Source of the DNA: Euprymna scolopes
Lineage: Eukaryota
Reading direction: 5' to 3' (one strand)
DNA: 64,000 nucleotides
Assembly (NCBI GenBank): GCA_053919585.1
Contig: CM132785.1
Part shown: positions 43,101 through 58,485 of the stretch, piece by piece
Layout of the letters: each line of letters begins with the position of its first letter
How positions within the stretch are numbered: the stretch's first letter is position 1
Notes under the pieces: model-generated
Told to the model about the DNA's origin: nothing
The model's input: only the letters and a program-made list of their open reading frames with translations
Database searches by the model: none
Translations under genes and position numbers: made by a program

Positions 43101-46100
43101 TCTCTGGCCTGACGGAGATCAAGAGAAAGCTCTGGATAGCAGACTTCCTCGCATTCAATGATGGCCTTCTCCAATTCAGGCTGACTCTTGCTCTCGATTG
43201 CCGCTTTCAGTTCTCCTCGGAGGGTGCCTGGTGCTTTCATTCCTGATTAAGGCAAATATGGATGAGATTTTTGTTGTACAAATACTGGTGATAAAAACTT
43301 GAATCCACTCATTTAGTAATGATAACGTTTTATGGTTTAGATATTGAGCAAAGTATTAACCATTGCAAATATTACTGTACTATTAAAGTTAAATATCAAT
43401 TACAAAGCATGCAAAGGTTTATTTATTAATTGATTATTATAAGTAAATGATTTTATATCTCAAGTAAGAGAATGGTAATAATAAGTTAATTTATATTACG
43501 TTTTACTAAGAAACAATGTGATGAGAATTAACATTTTTCATTTAAAACGTTTATGATAAGTAAATGTAAGGATGATTTATCAGATCTACTTTTTACAATG
43601 TCTCATATAGGGTGGAACCTTTATGCAAAAATCTTTAATCTAACCTCCTGGTCGGCCTTCTAATTGACATAGGGCGTCTCTGGCTTCTTGGATGTCGACT
43701 TCGATTCCGGGCATACCAGTAACTATGCTTTCCTTAACAGCCAAATCCAAAGCTTTCTTATCCTTTTCCTTGACAGCTGTCTTCAGTTGAACACGCACCT
43801 TTTCGGGGGTTATTGATCCTGATAATCAAAAATCGATTTCATGGTATATTTGGTTAACAGGAGTACACAACATGGCTGTATATAACTATTTTATTGTGTT
43901 TCTTCGGATGATATATGTTTATTATTGTTTAGAATTATTCAAGAATATCAATGTTGGGAAGATATAGATGTCATTATATAGGTATTGATACAGAAAAAGT
44001 GTTCGGCTGTGTAATCAAAATCTGCTTTTAAATTGCATTAATTTCACTCCGGATTGATCATTGAACGGAGTTAAGATAACAAAAACAATTGTTATTGATC
44101 TACTTTAATATATTAGCTTTGAATAAGTGTTTTCATTTTCATGGTCAATTCATACGTTTAATTGAATCTTTAAAGATCTATCTTAATTCTTTTAATAATT
44201 GATGTAATTGATACGTTAAATTTATCTCCAAGTTTAATTAATAATTAATAAACCAATAATTTTCCAAGCGGAATCACACAGATTTTGATTAACTTTCACG
44301 AACGGTTTTTTAGATTAAACATAAAGGATATATTTCGGGATTTTATAAATAAGTATTGATAATTTGCATTACTACGAACTACTGCTCTTATTTTGATTGC
44401 TGTATTTACATGTCAGTCAATTTGTACAACAGATTTCTTCGAGTGTATTTTTTTGCGTGAGTATTTACTAGTGAAATTTAGGAGTCTTTATTTCAAATTC
44501 GAGAACCTAAATAACATTTCAAACTGAACTATGTATTTAATTCACGGGTATAGATTTTCATTTCATCAGTCATAGACAATCTACCTCTCGTAAATTAAAT
44601 AAAGGATATAGTTCAAAATTCTGTCCAAGTTTATGAGTCCGATTCAAACATTCTACTATAATTTTTCAAGTTCTTAAAAATACAGCTAAAGAAGTTCGGC
44701 CGACACATTATAACTGCAACAACCAAAATGAAGATAGTAGCTCGGTTAAAGCAAATTATCAATTCTTATCTCAAAAATAACAAAACATAATTTACAAAAT
44801 ATATTTATTATTTAAATTATTTAAATTTAGATAATTTAAAATTAAAAATAATTGAATTATCATTTCAAAATGGTTTTCTTAATAAATTCATATTATTAAT
44901 TACAATTATATTATTATGCTATATCTAAATGATTTATTCAGATAATGAATTTTATACTTGTTTTTCTAGATTTCTAAATTTATTTATATTTCCTAACCTC
45001 CATAACCTCCGCCTAATTCATTGAGTGTTTCACGTGCGTTGCGTAGTTCGTAGGTCACTTCTGGATATTCATAGTTTTCACACTCAACAATCAGTTTCTC
45101 CAAGGCTGGCTTGTCTTTTAGTTGTGTGGCGGCTCGAAGCTGTTCCTGAATTTCCTCCGGACCTTTCATGATTACCACTGTATCTACATAACAAAAGTTG
45201 CAATACTGAACATGTTGCTGTGTAATGGTTGAAGAGTTGGGGAAAAAAGGTTTAAATACTTTGTTGCAAAAGACAGTGATGTCTTACATGTATTGGATTT
45301 ACATTTATTTCAAAGATGTAGTTAAATATTATGTTTTTAGTGCTTGAGTTAATTTTGATTATTTTATCATTGTTGTCGTTATTATGTTTTATTATCGATC
45401 ATAGTAAGAATCAGTAGTCATAGTAAGAAGTGTTTCATGAAATGGTCGTCATGCATGTGTGGCGACAAATGAAGAAACTTATCAATCAGTGTATAACAAT
45501 CAAATCCAGTGTGAATCATACTAAACTGTATAAATGCAAGTAATGAAGGTCATCATACGAGGTACCCAATTATTATAGTATAAAATTATTATTATACTTC
45601 CAAGAAATAATGTTATATCTATATCTATTGCTCTACTATTACATAAAAGGAACTTTGTTAGTGTGTCTGTGTATCTATATGTCTGTGGGTTCGTTCCCTA
45701 TGGACTCCAAAACGGTTGGGTCGATTTTTATGAAATTGCACGCAATTAGAGCAGGAAATCAATCGATTTGATTGAAAAATGGCATATTTCATTAATTTGA
45801 TGACAATAAAAATATGGGAATGTGAAACATTCGTTGATCATCATTCAATCCTGGACAATGTCAAGTCACCATGTTAGTACTGAGTTTCATTATAATATTA
45901 TTGACAGAAAATGATATTAAATCAATCATCATATTTCATTATAATTTACTAAAAAATATTTGGAATAAGTCTGCCATTAGCTTAGATTGTACTATACTTC
46001 TATGAATAATAGAGTTGGTATATTTATGGCTGAAGTTAAAAATATAATATAATTTAATGCTTAAATATTTAGTGTAGTATCTGATCTGTTCTCATAATAC

Positions 46101-49100
46101 CCTCTTTCCAGATATTTTGTCCTCCTGTTTAGCGGAGGAGAATAATGCATGTACTGTTTTCATCAGACCCTCCACCCAGGCATTGTGTCCACCTTTAAGG
46201 TGGTACGTTATATGTTAGTTTGTTATCATGCCATTCGTCAGATAGTACTTCTTTTTATGGGGGGGGGCAGTAATGTAGTATCTATTCTGTGATCATAACA
46301 GAATCATCCCAGACAATGCGTCCTTCTTTTCGTTATCTTTTTTATATAATAAACTTATATCATTCATTTATTATTCTTCCTTTTTGTGTTATGCTGATCT
46401 ACTCCTTTCACGGATGAATAAAATTACCCTGAGATAATATATATAGTAATATCTAAACATCGTGTGCTACAATTCGTAGCAGTTATGGCCCACGAATCAT
46501 GACGTGTACTTCTGTAGCGTACTTTTGTTAATACATTTATTTGTTAATTATCTCATATCTTATTACCAGCCAGAAAAGCCAGAACATTTTGTATATTACA
46601 ACAAATTTAAAACGTATCTCTTATTTAATGTTAACCAAAAATGAATTAATATTATCATAACAATATTGCTACTAAGTATCTCTCTAAATAACAATTGATC
46701 TATTATTATATAGTTCGCATGGGACTTGTATGTTAAATCGATTACACAACTTGTGGCAGAAAGTATATTAAATTGATGAATCATTATGATTCATTTTATG
46801 CGTTATGTATTACGATGTGACATTTAGTAGATATATACAAGATGTCACATGAAAAATAATTACTAATTGACATGCGTTTAATTTAAAAGTTACAACAAGT
46901 ATATTCATCATGAATACCAAATTGCATAATTATCTTAAATAAAAGAATCTTTTGTAATTTTGAGAATAATAGGCTTCGGCTGTGAACATTTGTAATCTTC
47001 ACAACTAACTTGGCCAATATCTCCTCAAATAAAGCTTTCATACCTCATATGTAGTTATTTAGACTAGAAATGTGCATTCATAATTAGAGAAGTATATTAT
47101 ATATAAATGGATTCCACATAGTTATATATGGTTACATAGTTACGTATGGCCACATAGTTATGTATAGCTCGTTTAATTATAATTGTGTGTGCGTGTAAAT
47201 CTGTTCATGCGTTACATACAATTATAACTATTATAATTGTAGTAGAATCTTTCTCACTGGAAATAAGTTCACACATAAATGTCGATCGTGTCAGCTTCGA
47301 AATTAATTAGACACTTATGATGTTAAAAATCTGTTTTCAATAAGAGATGTTTTAAAAATAAAATGCATGACGACCATAACATGTTTTTATACTTAAATAG
47401 GAAAAAAACTATTTAAAATCTGATAGTATGTTTTGGAGAGGTTATGTGAAAATATACTTTCTACATCGAGAGATGGTATAATATACATGTTTTATATTAT
47501 ATTTATAAATGGTTATAAAAGATCGTTATTTTCAAGTAATTACTCTAATTAATGCTGAGAAAGTGTATATGATACATAGTAATGTATTAGTATGTATAAG
47601 TGAATGTGTTTACATATGTATGCTTGCGTTTATATTTTTATATATGGAGGAAATACGTGTGTTGTGAGCGTGTATGCATAAATATGTTGGCAATGCTAAC
47701 CTCTACCTTCAGAGAATGGGTAACCAACTTGTCCCATATCCACCGACATCATTCCAGGAGGAAAGTGTTGATCTCCGTATGTGATTTTACCTCCTGATGT
47801 TGTGAACAAGGGATGACTTGCACCGGGGGAAGCGAATCCTGATGGGCCAAAGCAGGACATGATAAATGATTGGGAATTAACCATAACGTAAAGAGTTAAC
47901 TGAGATATGGAGTCATGATATATTGAAAAATATCAATATAATATTACTCATTAATAATAATGCATATGTTATTCAATGAATCATATTTACAAACCATTAA
48001 ATTGATTCAAAAACGATTAAAACCTATTGATTATAAAGAAAGGTATTTATTTACAGTTTATTATTTAGTTATTAAAATTAATTAATGCTATCATTAGTTA
48101 TCTTATGCTAACATTAATGATGTATTTATATGAATATATAGGTAAATAAATAAATTAAATAATTAAAGCAAACTAAAATAATATCATGTATTTTAAAATC
48201 AAATAAAACGCTGTTCAAATAAACCAAAGGTAAATATTTCAAAGCTCAAATTCTGGGGGGGATTAGCATTAGAAATAGAATGCATATGTTGGTACGTAAA
48301 ATAAAATTGTTTGTAAAGTATTAGTTATGTGGAATGAGCCGAATTCGTCTTTTTGTTTTCGCTTCCTACTTTATTTAATAACCCCTACTTAAAATCATTA
48401 AAACCAAATTAATCAATGAAAAACTACAGCCCTAATCGATGAAAACATATAACTAATTGATAAGAAATAGGAGACGTATTTAAATTAATTTGATTTTAAA
48501 AAAAGAAATCACCAAATTAATTATACATAATAAAATGAAATGCCTTTTCTTTAACTGAAAGTCAGTAAAGTAATTGACACGTGTTTATAATTTTATTTTA
48601 TTTTCGACCATGTAAAAAGTGTTTATTGTTTTGTTTTTTTATTGTTATTATTGTGAGTTATTATGAAGATCAATCTTTCTTTGTTCTACATTCAGAAAAG
48701 TATATTCGCATATGTTATGATTAAAGCGAACCGGGCACATTTTTATTATATATAAAAAAAAATATGTAAAATAATATAAATGGTATTAACAAATGATATC
48801 ATGATCTTAAAAAGAGAACAGCAATACGTTTATTAACTTGATTTAAAAAGATATGACGGAAGCATATAGACGGTTTTCAGAATGATGAAAAGTGGCAGAT
48901 GTTGTTTACGATGATGGACAACTACATCAGGCCGATAGAAATTTATAGACGGTGTCAAATCGAAAATTTCAAAATTATATTTAAATTTATAATTTTTCTA
49001 CAATTAGTAGCATCGTTAATTACGTTTTCTAATTTCTAATAAAAATGAAATTCCGTTGTATTTGAACAGGTTTTATTTTGATTTTTTTCTAAAATAGCGA

Positions 49101-51196
49101 GATTAATTCCCAGTTAACTCAATAATGAGACATATGTACGAAACGAGAAGCCGAAGATTGTAGGAAACCCACCTTCACGGCCTGTTTCCATAAATACTAA
49201 GATATTTCTGGCTTGTTGAATGTCCGGGAAAAGTTCAGGATGTCCAGATGACACGCATTCATCAATGGCAATTTCAAGTGCTTCAGCGTCGTTCTCGCGT
49301 TTTGCTGAATCAAGCGACAATCGCAAGGATTCAGGAGTTTGAGATCCTGTACACCAAACGAAGGCAAATGATAAATGATTTGAGACGACAAAGTTTCTAT
49401 AACAAAACAGGCGCTAAAAAGTAGAATTGATTAATAGTGTAATATGCACATATATATTTATAAATAAATATTTATATATATATATATAAATATACAGGTG
49501 AACATATCTCAACACAAATACAATTCCATATTTTTATACTGCCAACACTCGATAAAATCCAATGAAAAGTATGTTAGCTATAAATCAAGTTTTAAATGGT
49601 TAGAAAATAAAATTATCAAAATATTAGAAGGAAACGACAAAAAATATTTTATGACAATTTCAAAATTGCGAGTTTCAGACGATAAAAACATAAAAATACA
49701 TTTCCATAAAGAAAGTCTATTTATTAAAAGCGAATTTAAAAATCAACCACAGCAAAGTGTTATGAAATCAAAAACCAAATTGGACCAGCTGAAAAAATAA
49801 ACTAACCTCCTCGACCGAAGCCCAACTTCTCCAAAGTATCCCTAGCCTCTAGCAGATCACGAGAAAGTTCTGGGTACCCGGTTTCCTCACATTCAAGGAT
49901 GACATTTTCCAAGTGAGGTCGGCTTTTTTGTTTAATAGCGCGGCGCAAATTTTCACGAATATCTTTGGGGGATTTGGATCCTGGTAAACAACAGAACGGA
50001 CATGTAAATATCTAAAATCTTTATTCACCCCACGTTCAGAATGTCATGTCGATATAAAATGTGTAAATTAATATATTTTCATGATTTATATCATAAATTT
50101 ACACTTAATATGGAGAATAAACGCAAAATAAGTAGAAATTTACAAGTATATTTTCGGCTTTTGAACCTTAAGATATTTGCGTATTTGACTCATTTTTATT
50201 AAAGTAATCAGTTCAGATCTTATTAGTTTAACACAGTTGTATTTTTATGTGAATTGACAAAGTTACATCTTTTTTTAAATCTATATTTAATTAAAGTAAG
50301 AAATTGTTTTAAAATCTGACCTCTCTCGTTTCCCCTTAGATGATCTAGTGATGCACGTGCACGTCTGATGTCGGGATCTAATTCGGGGAATCCTGAAGCT
50401 AAACATTTCTTGATTACCTTCGCCAAATGGCTGGGATTTTTCTCTTTGATGGCTTCGTTCAGTTTGTTACGCAAATGTTCTGGGTTTGTTTTGCCTGTTG
50501 AGGAGCATTCACATTACAATCATGGGAAAATATCGATAGGTAAGAAAAATGTAAATTTATAAAAATTAAGTTATGCATTTATATATGAATTTCATTAGCA
50601 TTAAACGATATTTTGATTTGTATCCATTCTGTGAGGCATAATTGATATAATTAATTTACAACTATATGCTACACACTTATATATCTGATGTTAAATACAA
50701 CCATATATTAATATACGTTACGGTAAAGTAATTAATTATACGAAAAAAATTGATTAATCATATATAGTATATTTACAGATATTAATATTTGATGCAATAT
50801 ATAATAAATTACCTTTTAAGACGAAATATTTATTCGAATGTTTATATTAGTATATGCCTCACAATTTAATTTAAATATATTTACAATTTCTTGAATTGTA
50901 TATTAAAAATAGAACATTTGGAAAAGTATTAACTTTTTAATAAAAGAAAAATATGTATTGAGGAGAATTCTGACCTCCATAAACACCGCCCAACTTCTTA
51001 TGAGTAAGTCGAGCCTCACGCACTTCATAAGCCAATTCCGGGTATTCTAAATGTTCGGCCTCTACAAGAAGGTTTTCCAAAGCGGGTTGGTCTTTTTGCT
51101 CGGTGGCTAATATCAGTTCTTCTCGAAGAACATTAGGAGATTTACCTCCCCCAAATAACTCTGAACAGAAAGAATAATAATTTATTTACATAGGAA

Positions 51197-51244
<48 letters not shown>

Positions 51245-51984
51245 GAATTTTATATGAGATATATGTATAGCAAATTATCACATTAAGTTGATATAGGTTA
51301 GATTGAATCACGAATTGGTTGAATTTCAATTTAAAATATAAGTTCAGTGCTAACATTAAATAGAGCCCATAGATAAATTAATTTCAAGATTTATTATTAT
51401 AACATTTATAATAATTTATAACAATTAACATAATAAGCAAGTTAATGGATTTACCATTATTTAAAACAGTATCTAGAGTAATAGTTGACATTTCCTAGTT
51501 GATAAAGAAAAACTAATACTCAATCTGTTTGCTTCGTACCTAAATAAAAAATTTTAAATAAACATAAATGTATTAATTTCTCATTTCTTTATATCTAAAT
51601 TCAATTGAAACACAGGAATTGTTGTAATTTTCATAAAGGAGATTTTAACAAAAAGATGCTCGACGAATAAAATTTGTTGCTAACCTTTTGTGCCTCCCAT
51701 CAACCTATGATAAAATCCGGACATTGTTTCTGGGAATCCTGTGTGTACTCGGTGTGTCGTTACCATCTTAACCGTTCTCCTTTGAGGAGATCCGGGGGAA
51801 CCTGGATATTCAGTGGAGATAAATCCAGGTGACATTACTTTGGGAGAAAGAGTAAAAATAAAATAATTTAAATTTTGAAGTTACTAGTAGGTGTGTTTCA
51901 GTAAATTTGCGTGCATTTAGGTAGTATTAAAAAGCTTAAGCTTGTTATTGTTAGTTTATATATATATATGTATATATATGTATG

Positions 51985-52043
<59 letters not shown>

Positions 52044-52180
52044 GTTGAATGCATCGTAAAGTATTTTCATCAAGTTGTCATCTCTTAAATCTGTAGATGG
52101 TGCGTTGATGAAGTTAATCTTGAGAGGAATTCTGATAATTTTGTGTGCAGAAAGTGGAAATTTTATTAGATTTTTATCAC

Positions 52181-52230
<50 letters not shown>

Positions 52231-55200
52231 GCCCGTACATGTTTTCATGTTTCTTAGGGTGATTCAGGTAGCTGTATCTAACATTCGCATGGGTTACACC
52301 AAGATTTCGTAGAAGTATTGCATGTAACCTTAGTTTTCGCATACGTTTGTTCGTTTTACGGATTGATTTTTGATCACATAATACCAACATAAGGAAGGGA
52401 TTTGTTAAATCTAGTAATTATAAGCATAATTTGCACCAACGATAGTTTAAATGCACCTATTTCTTCAATAAACTAGATAGTAATAACTTTAATCATTATT
52501 ATCTCATGCATTGTAATATTATATGCGTATATAAAAAACAACAACAGCACATCTAACAGCTCTTTTGGAGAAATTTGAAGACAAATATGTTTTCGAATCC
52601 GTAGCACCATTACACGGGACCCCAAAAAGTTTTAGGGTTATTTATGTAATATTTTCATGTGCTACTAGAAGGTTTTAATACCTACGATGATGTGTTGGCT
52701 AAAACCCATGCAGATACAGACTCTATCTGATTTTGTGATATAGTAATAAACCTTCGTTTACATATGACGATTCTTTTATATTCAGAGTGTAGCAGAGAAG
52801 TTTACTCGAGTTCAAAGATTGATAAAAAGCAAATACGTGGAGATAAAACTTTGCATGTTACGTTGTTTGGATGTGTGCTCATTAAGAACAACATGCACCT
52901 TTCTTTTAACCAAGAAAGGTCGTATTAGAATAAATATATTAAATATCCGTCTAGTAGTATTTCAGAAATTAAATTTTCTCAGATCTTCATGGCAGATCCT
53001 GTCAAAGACCTTGGATATATGGAAAGCTACCGTTCTAATTTTATCTGCTATACTTAGTGTATAGTATATATGTTCAGAGATGACAGTATCCGCAGTAGAA
53101 CAGAATTGCCAAAATTCACACCATTAGTCAGAAGGAAATTTAGTATTTTCGATCTCTTGGGTTATCACTAAATTAATTAAATATTAATTCAAAGATCTTT
53201 TATAAGCTCGAGACGAGACTTATGGGTGGCATAAGTCTGCAGGTTGGTTCTCATCTTATGATACACTTTTATATTTAATATCCTATCCGTGTGTAGAACA
53301 TCATGCGTTTCTTGGGAATTTTCTTTTGTAAGAACGGTAAGTCCGATGTAAATACACTATGTTCCTATTGAATGTAGTTTTCTCTTCATCGTTATTAGCC
53401 AGTATCAGATGGGTACATATTTTATTTGTAAGGTTCTAAATTTAGATAAATATTTTCCTCTTTAAATAATCAGCTACAAGGACAGGAAATATGGTAGAAA
53501 AATTTAGCGATCGTCACTTTAGTGGTACTATTTTCATAGCCATCTATACCAAACATACTTATACATACTAGTTGTTTTTATTATATATTTGATTTTATTA
53601 AACTTTGAAATCTAACAAACTGCTCTGCGCCACTCCATATACGTTATATCTAGATTAAGCCTTAAAATAATTCAAGCATTGCAGTAAATTTTATAAAGCG
53701 TGTAAGCAGATGAAATGCACAGAAACTTGCGCTTTGCGCTGATTCTGTTCTGGTAGACTGACCTCCTCGGCCTCCATCCCAAAGGTCCAGTGTGTGACGG
53801 GCATTCTGGATATCAGGAATTAATTCCATGTGACCAGAAGCTACACACTCGTCAATCAATCGCTCAAGATTTTCTCGATCGTTTTGTCTTTTTGCCAGTT
53901 CAATTTCGTCGCGCATTTTGTCGGGGTGTCTATTGCCTGGCAACCGAAAAATATTCATCAATGTACGAAAATTAAATGAAATCTATGTAAATAAAATATA
54001 GCTTTCCCAATCAAAATTATTACTTAGACTATGAATAATCGCAACGCTATACTTTTTAGTTATAAAATGTTACAGGTGAATTATAGAAACAACTACTGCA
54101 TACTGGAAGTTATACTTTGAATGGTATTCAATATATGTTGAATGAATTTATATTCATATGTAATAGCATGAGAACATAATCAATTAATCTTTTTACAACT
54201 TTTCATTTTTAGTTTCAAATAAAGTAACAAACTTAGGCGACATTTCCACAATCTAATATTAAATATGTTTTTCATAATCACGATTTTCTGTACTAATAAT
54301 TTATGTTCTTTATAAAATATATTTAATATCTTTATCCGATTATTTTTAGTTCTTCGTATTAAAGTAGTATACATTTTGTTTTCTGAAAATTGGGGATTCT
54401 TCTATAATTACATTGCATTTCTTTCAAAAACAAAGATTTAATATATAAACATATTTTTCGATCATGAACTTTAAATTGATGTAAAATAAAACAAAAATAT
54501 TTCGATAAAATTATTATACTATACTATATATGAATACTTGCATTTATCATCCACTTATGAAAATATTAAAGAGCGTAGAAAATAAAATTATTTGTACGAA
54601 AATGTAATAAAAACTATGAAAATAAAATTTACTATTATATTAAATACTTTTATTAAAATATGTTGTTTTTAATAAAAAGTTCAGGTTATCGTCCTTTATT
54701 AGAATTATGATTTCATGCTTATCTCCCTTGCAATTTTCCTGCAATTTTAAGACATTATGTTAGATATTATCGAATATTATCATTTTTTTAATCAGCGTAT
54801 TGCGTAAAACATGGACTTGTTATCACTAAATTATTAATGCTATATTACTTTAAATCTGCTTTAAAGTAAAGAAAAACAATAGATATCGTATTTTACTTTG
54901 AATAGAGAATTTAATTTTGGAATATAGATGTAATTTTCATGACGAGTACAGTATAGTAAAAATTAACATATATAATAAAACTAAGTATATTTTATAATCG
55001 TATATAAAAGTCTGAATTTATCGTTCATTTACGAAAATATGAAAGAATATTACAAGAAACGGCATTATAGTAATGTGAATTTAAACTTCCAAAACCATTA
55101 TCGCAATTCTTACTTTCTTTTCTTTCCTTTTTTATGAAGTAATGTATATTTAAATGAAACCGGAATAACGAATTTTTCCACAGCCTAAAATTTATATTCG

Positions 55201-56044
55201 ATTAATAGAAGATATTAATGAATTATCATTCTTTCAAAATATTGCTGATATCTAATCTTAATTATGAATTGTTTCCACGTAAGGAAAGAACAAGTAATAA
55301 TTGTAAATGCTTATCCGTGTATATATTTATTTGAAATAGTAATTATACGCATGATTTATATACTAACCTCCACGACCGAAACCCATGCTCTCCAGAATGT
55401 CTCTGGCTTCAAGAAGATCGCGAGACAATTCTGGATAACAGGCTTCCTCACATTCAATGATGGCCTTCTCCAATTCAGGCCGGTTTTTACTCTCGCTTGC
55501 TTTTTTCAGACGATCAAGGATCTCTTTTGGTGATTTTAAGCCTGAAGGACAAGAATATTATCGTATGATTTGAATAAAATTTATCCACGTATTAGACTAA
55601 TTAGAATTTTGATATTTTGTCTTGATTCAATGATGAACAATAGTACTGTTGATTTTATAACATTATTATTAGTTGAGATAAGACTAAATTAAATTAAAAT
55701 TGATGTGAGTTTACTTTATAATTACAGTATTGAACACCTTCTGTGTTTTATCATGCATTTTCTTGCTTTGAGATCTGTTTTATTAATATATAATCATGTT
55801 TGTTTATGAGAAGATTTCATTTTTATTTGAAAAAATTATATAATGTAACTGTCAATATTTTCCCATTTAAAGCTTTGTTTATAATGTTATTATTACGAGT
55901 GCTCATTTCATTCCATCAATATTGCAATAGTAGTAGCAATAATTTTCCATTGTTAGAATGTCATTATGCATTAAGTAACTAGTTCCTCAATCATTTAGTG
56001 TTGATTAAATGCAACAGTATATCTCTATTTATAGAAGTTAGGTA

Positions 56045-56093
<49 letters not shown>

Positions 56094-57131
56094 GTATATT
56101 TGTATATACAGGTTTACTTTAAAACTATTTCACCGATCATTATTACATTTGGAACATAGGTATAAGGAATCGGAGATAATGTGGACTCTATTTTGCTTAA
56201 TTTAGTTTTATGCAAATTCCTGCATGCCAACGATATTAAAACTTAGGTAGGTTGAATGAGTTCCTCCGAAGGAAGAACACAAGGAAACACAAGCATTCCC
56301 CATTCGCATGTATATCCCGGCTAGGTTTTTGGAGCGGGGGATTAGTGTCCTCCTACATACAGCGGATGGTATTCCCAAATAGTCAGCCACCTGATACTGA
56401 CCAAGCTTTACGTTACTTAACTTCGGTGATCTATTGAGAACCGGTGGGTTAACATGATTATGCCGTACATTACAATGCAAATTCCTAAATTTCAATTTAA
56501 AGGAGTATTTTAAAGAATTTAAAAGATTTAAAGAATTTATATGGGTACAACATCCCATTTTAAAATCCAAATATTACAATTTTGCATTAAATTTGAACTA
56601 TAGTGATTCGACTATAATTAAGCAAGCTTCCCTGATATTTTAAGATCCATTAAGTTTAAGCCTTAAGTTTTAAATATTTTCCAGAATAAAAATAATATAA
56701 TAGATTTAGATCGAAAGGGAAAATAATTTTACCTGTCCTAGGACGGGTGTTCTTCTATAATATCGATGGGTCTTCATTTAATTAAACCATAACTTACGCC
56801 ATGAAGCAACCGGTTTTTTATTGAGTAATTTATGTAAATACTAATTATGGCGATCATTTACTTCAAAGTTTTACATGTACACCTAGTAAAAATGATATTT
56901 AGAAATAAGTTAATTTTCTATGTAGAAATAAACAGTTGGCCTATTTTTAATTGCATAAGGTATGAATCACATAAAAAGTCCATATTTACTTTCAGTGAAG
57001 TTAAGTATTGTCTTTTCAGAATTTTCTCCTGCCTACGCAGCACTTAAACTACCTGAAATGTTAGGAATGTGGACGAATAAAAAAATATTTCACTACCCAG
57101 GTCCCAAAAGCACACTTTGGGAAGTAAAATA

Positions 57132-57186
<55 letters not shown>

Positions 57187-58410
57187 TATGCATACGAATT
57201 CAGTTAATTTCAGACTATTACAGCTGATACTTATAGTTCTGAAGAAGCAGGAAATATGGATGTATATATAGAAAATGTAGTTATTTGAAACATTATATGA
57301 TGGTAGTTGCACAAGTAATCACTGTCAGGATAAAACTACTTTTAATGGGTAAAGGATGGGTGGCTCAATCTAAAAGGAAATCTAATCTTCATTTCCAGCT
57401 TATGCTGTTTATATAACAGTTTTTAACTTCTCAACCTGCCGGTTGCGACAAATAGCATATAGCAAACGAAATGTTAATTTAAAGAGTTATGCCACTCTGT
57501 GTTATTACAACAAAAATGATCTTTCTAAAATATTCCATTATAAAATGCCATGTTATTTATTCTGTTTATAAGGTACTAGATAAATACCTGTCCCAGTACG
57601 GGAAAAACTGATTCCTCAAGAGGAACATTTTTAAAATAAGATAAGTGGCTAACTTTAATCGAAGGCAATCTAAAGGTTCTCTTTTTAATAGTTACAACAC
57701 CTAAGTGAAGAGGAGGACGCCAATTATTTCTCAGGATTACTCCATTTCCCTGTGAGTCACCTCTTATAAAGATGAATATTAGCAAGAGTGTATGATTGAT
57801 ATGACTTGACCGAAATTTGAATCCCAGTCTTCTAGCAAATCAGCGGACACTCTTACCAGTATGCCAAATGGGCCAGTATAACAGTTTTCTACCACTTTTA
57901 TGTCCTTTTCGATTATTACAATCAGCATATGATGATGGTGAACTTTATGTTAATACTTCTTAATCCTATTTTTATCAAATTTTATTTTTAGCTTACGGGG
58001 TCTTAAGAAGAATTTTAAATTTAGGAAATCTAGCTTGATTAGTTTAATGCATGTGGATAAAATTCGATGCTAATCTAATTTTTGTTTCAATCTTTAAATA
58101 GGGAAGTATGCTTATATTATGCTCATGAACTTTTAAAAATACTTTAAACAAATTGAAGTTGGGTGAATATTAAATACTTTAAGTCTAATACATATTGGTA
58201 AAATTTCACACAATCGAAGGCATTTGATTTTTCACGAAGGTCTTCCACCCTCTTTTTACTCCTTTGCATAAGCTTAATTAAGCTAAATATTACCTACACT
58301 TTCATTCTTTATGCAGAGGGGTGGTGTTAACAAATTCAAAACGATCGGTTAATTAATCTTGGATTTAAACCTGTATATACAAATAAGTAAACACATATAC
58401 ACAGAACATG

Positions 58411-58485
<75 letters not shown>

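Noticed and set aside
56351-56468. Functional 5S rRNA gene
   Set aside because: It has too many substitutions, no T-run terminator after the 5S part, and continues into a body shared with another dispersed copy.
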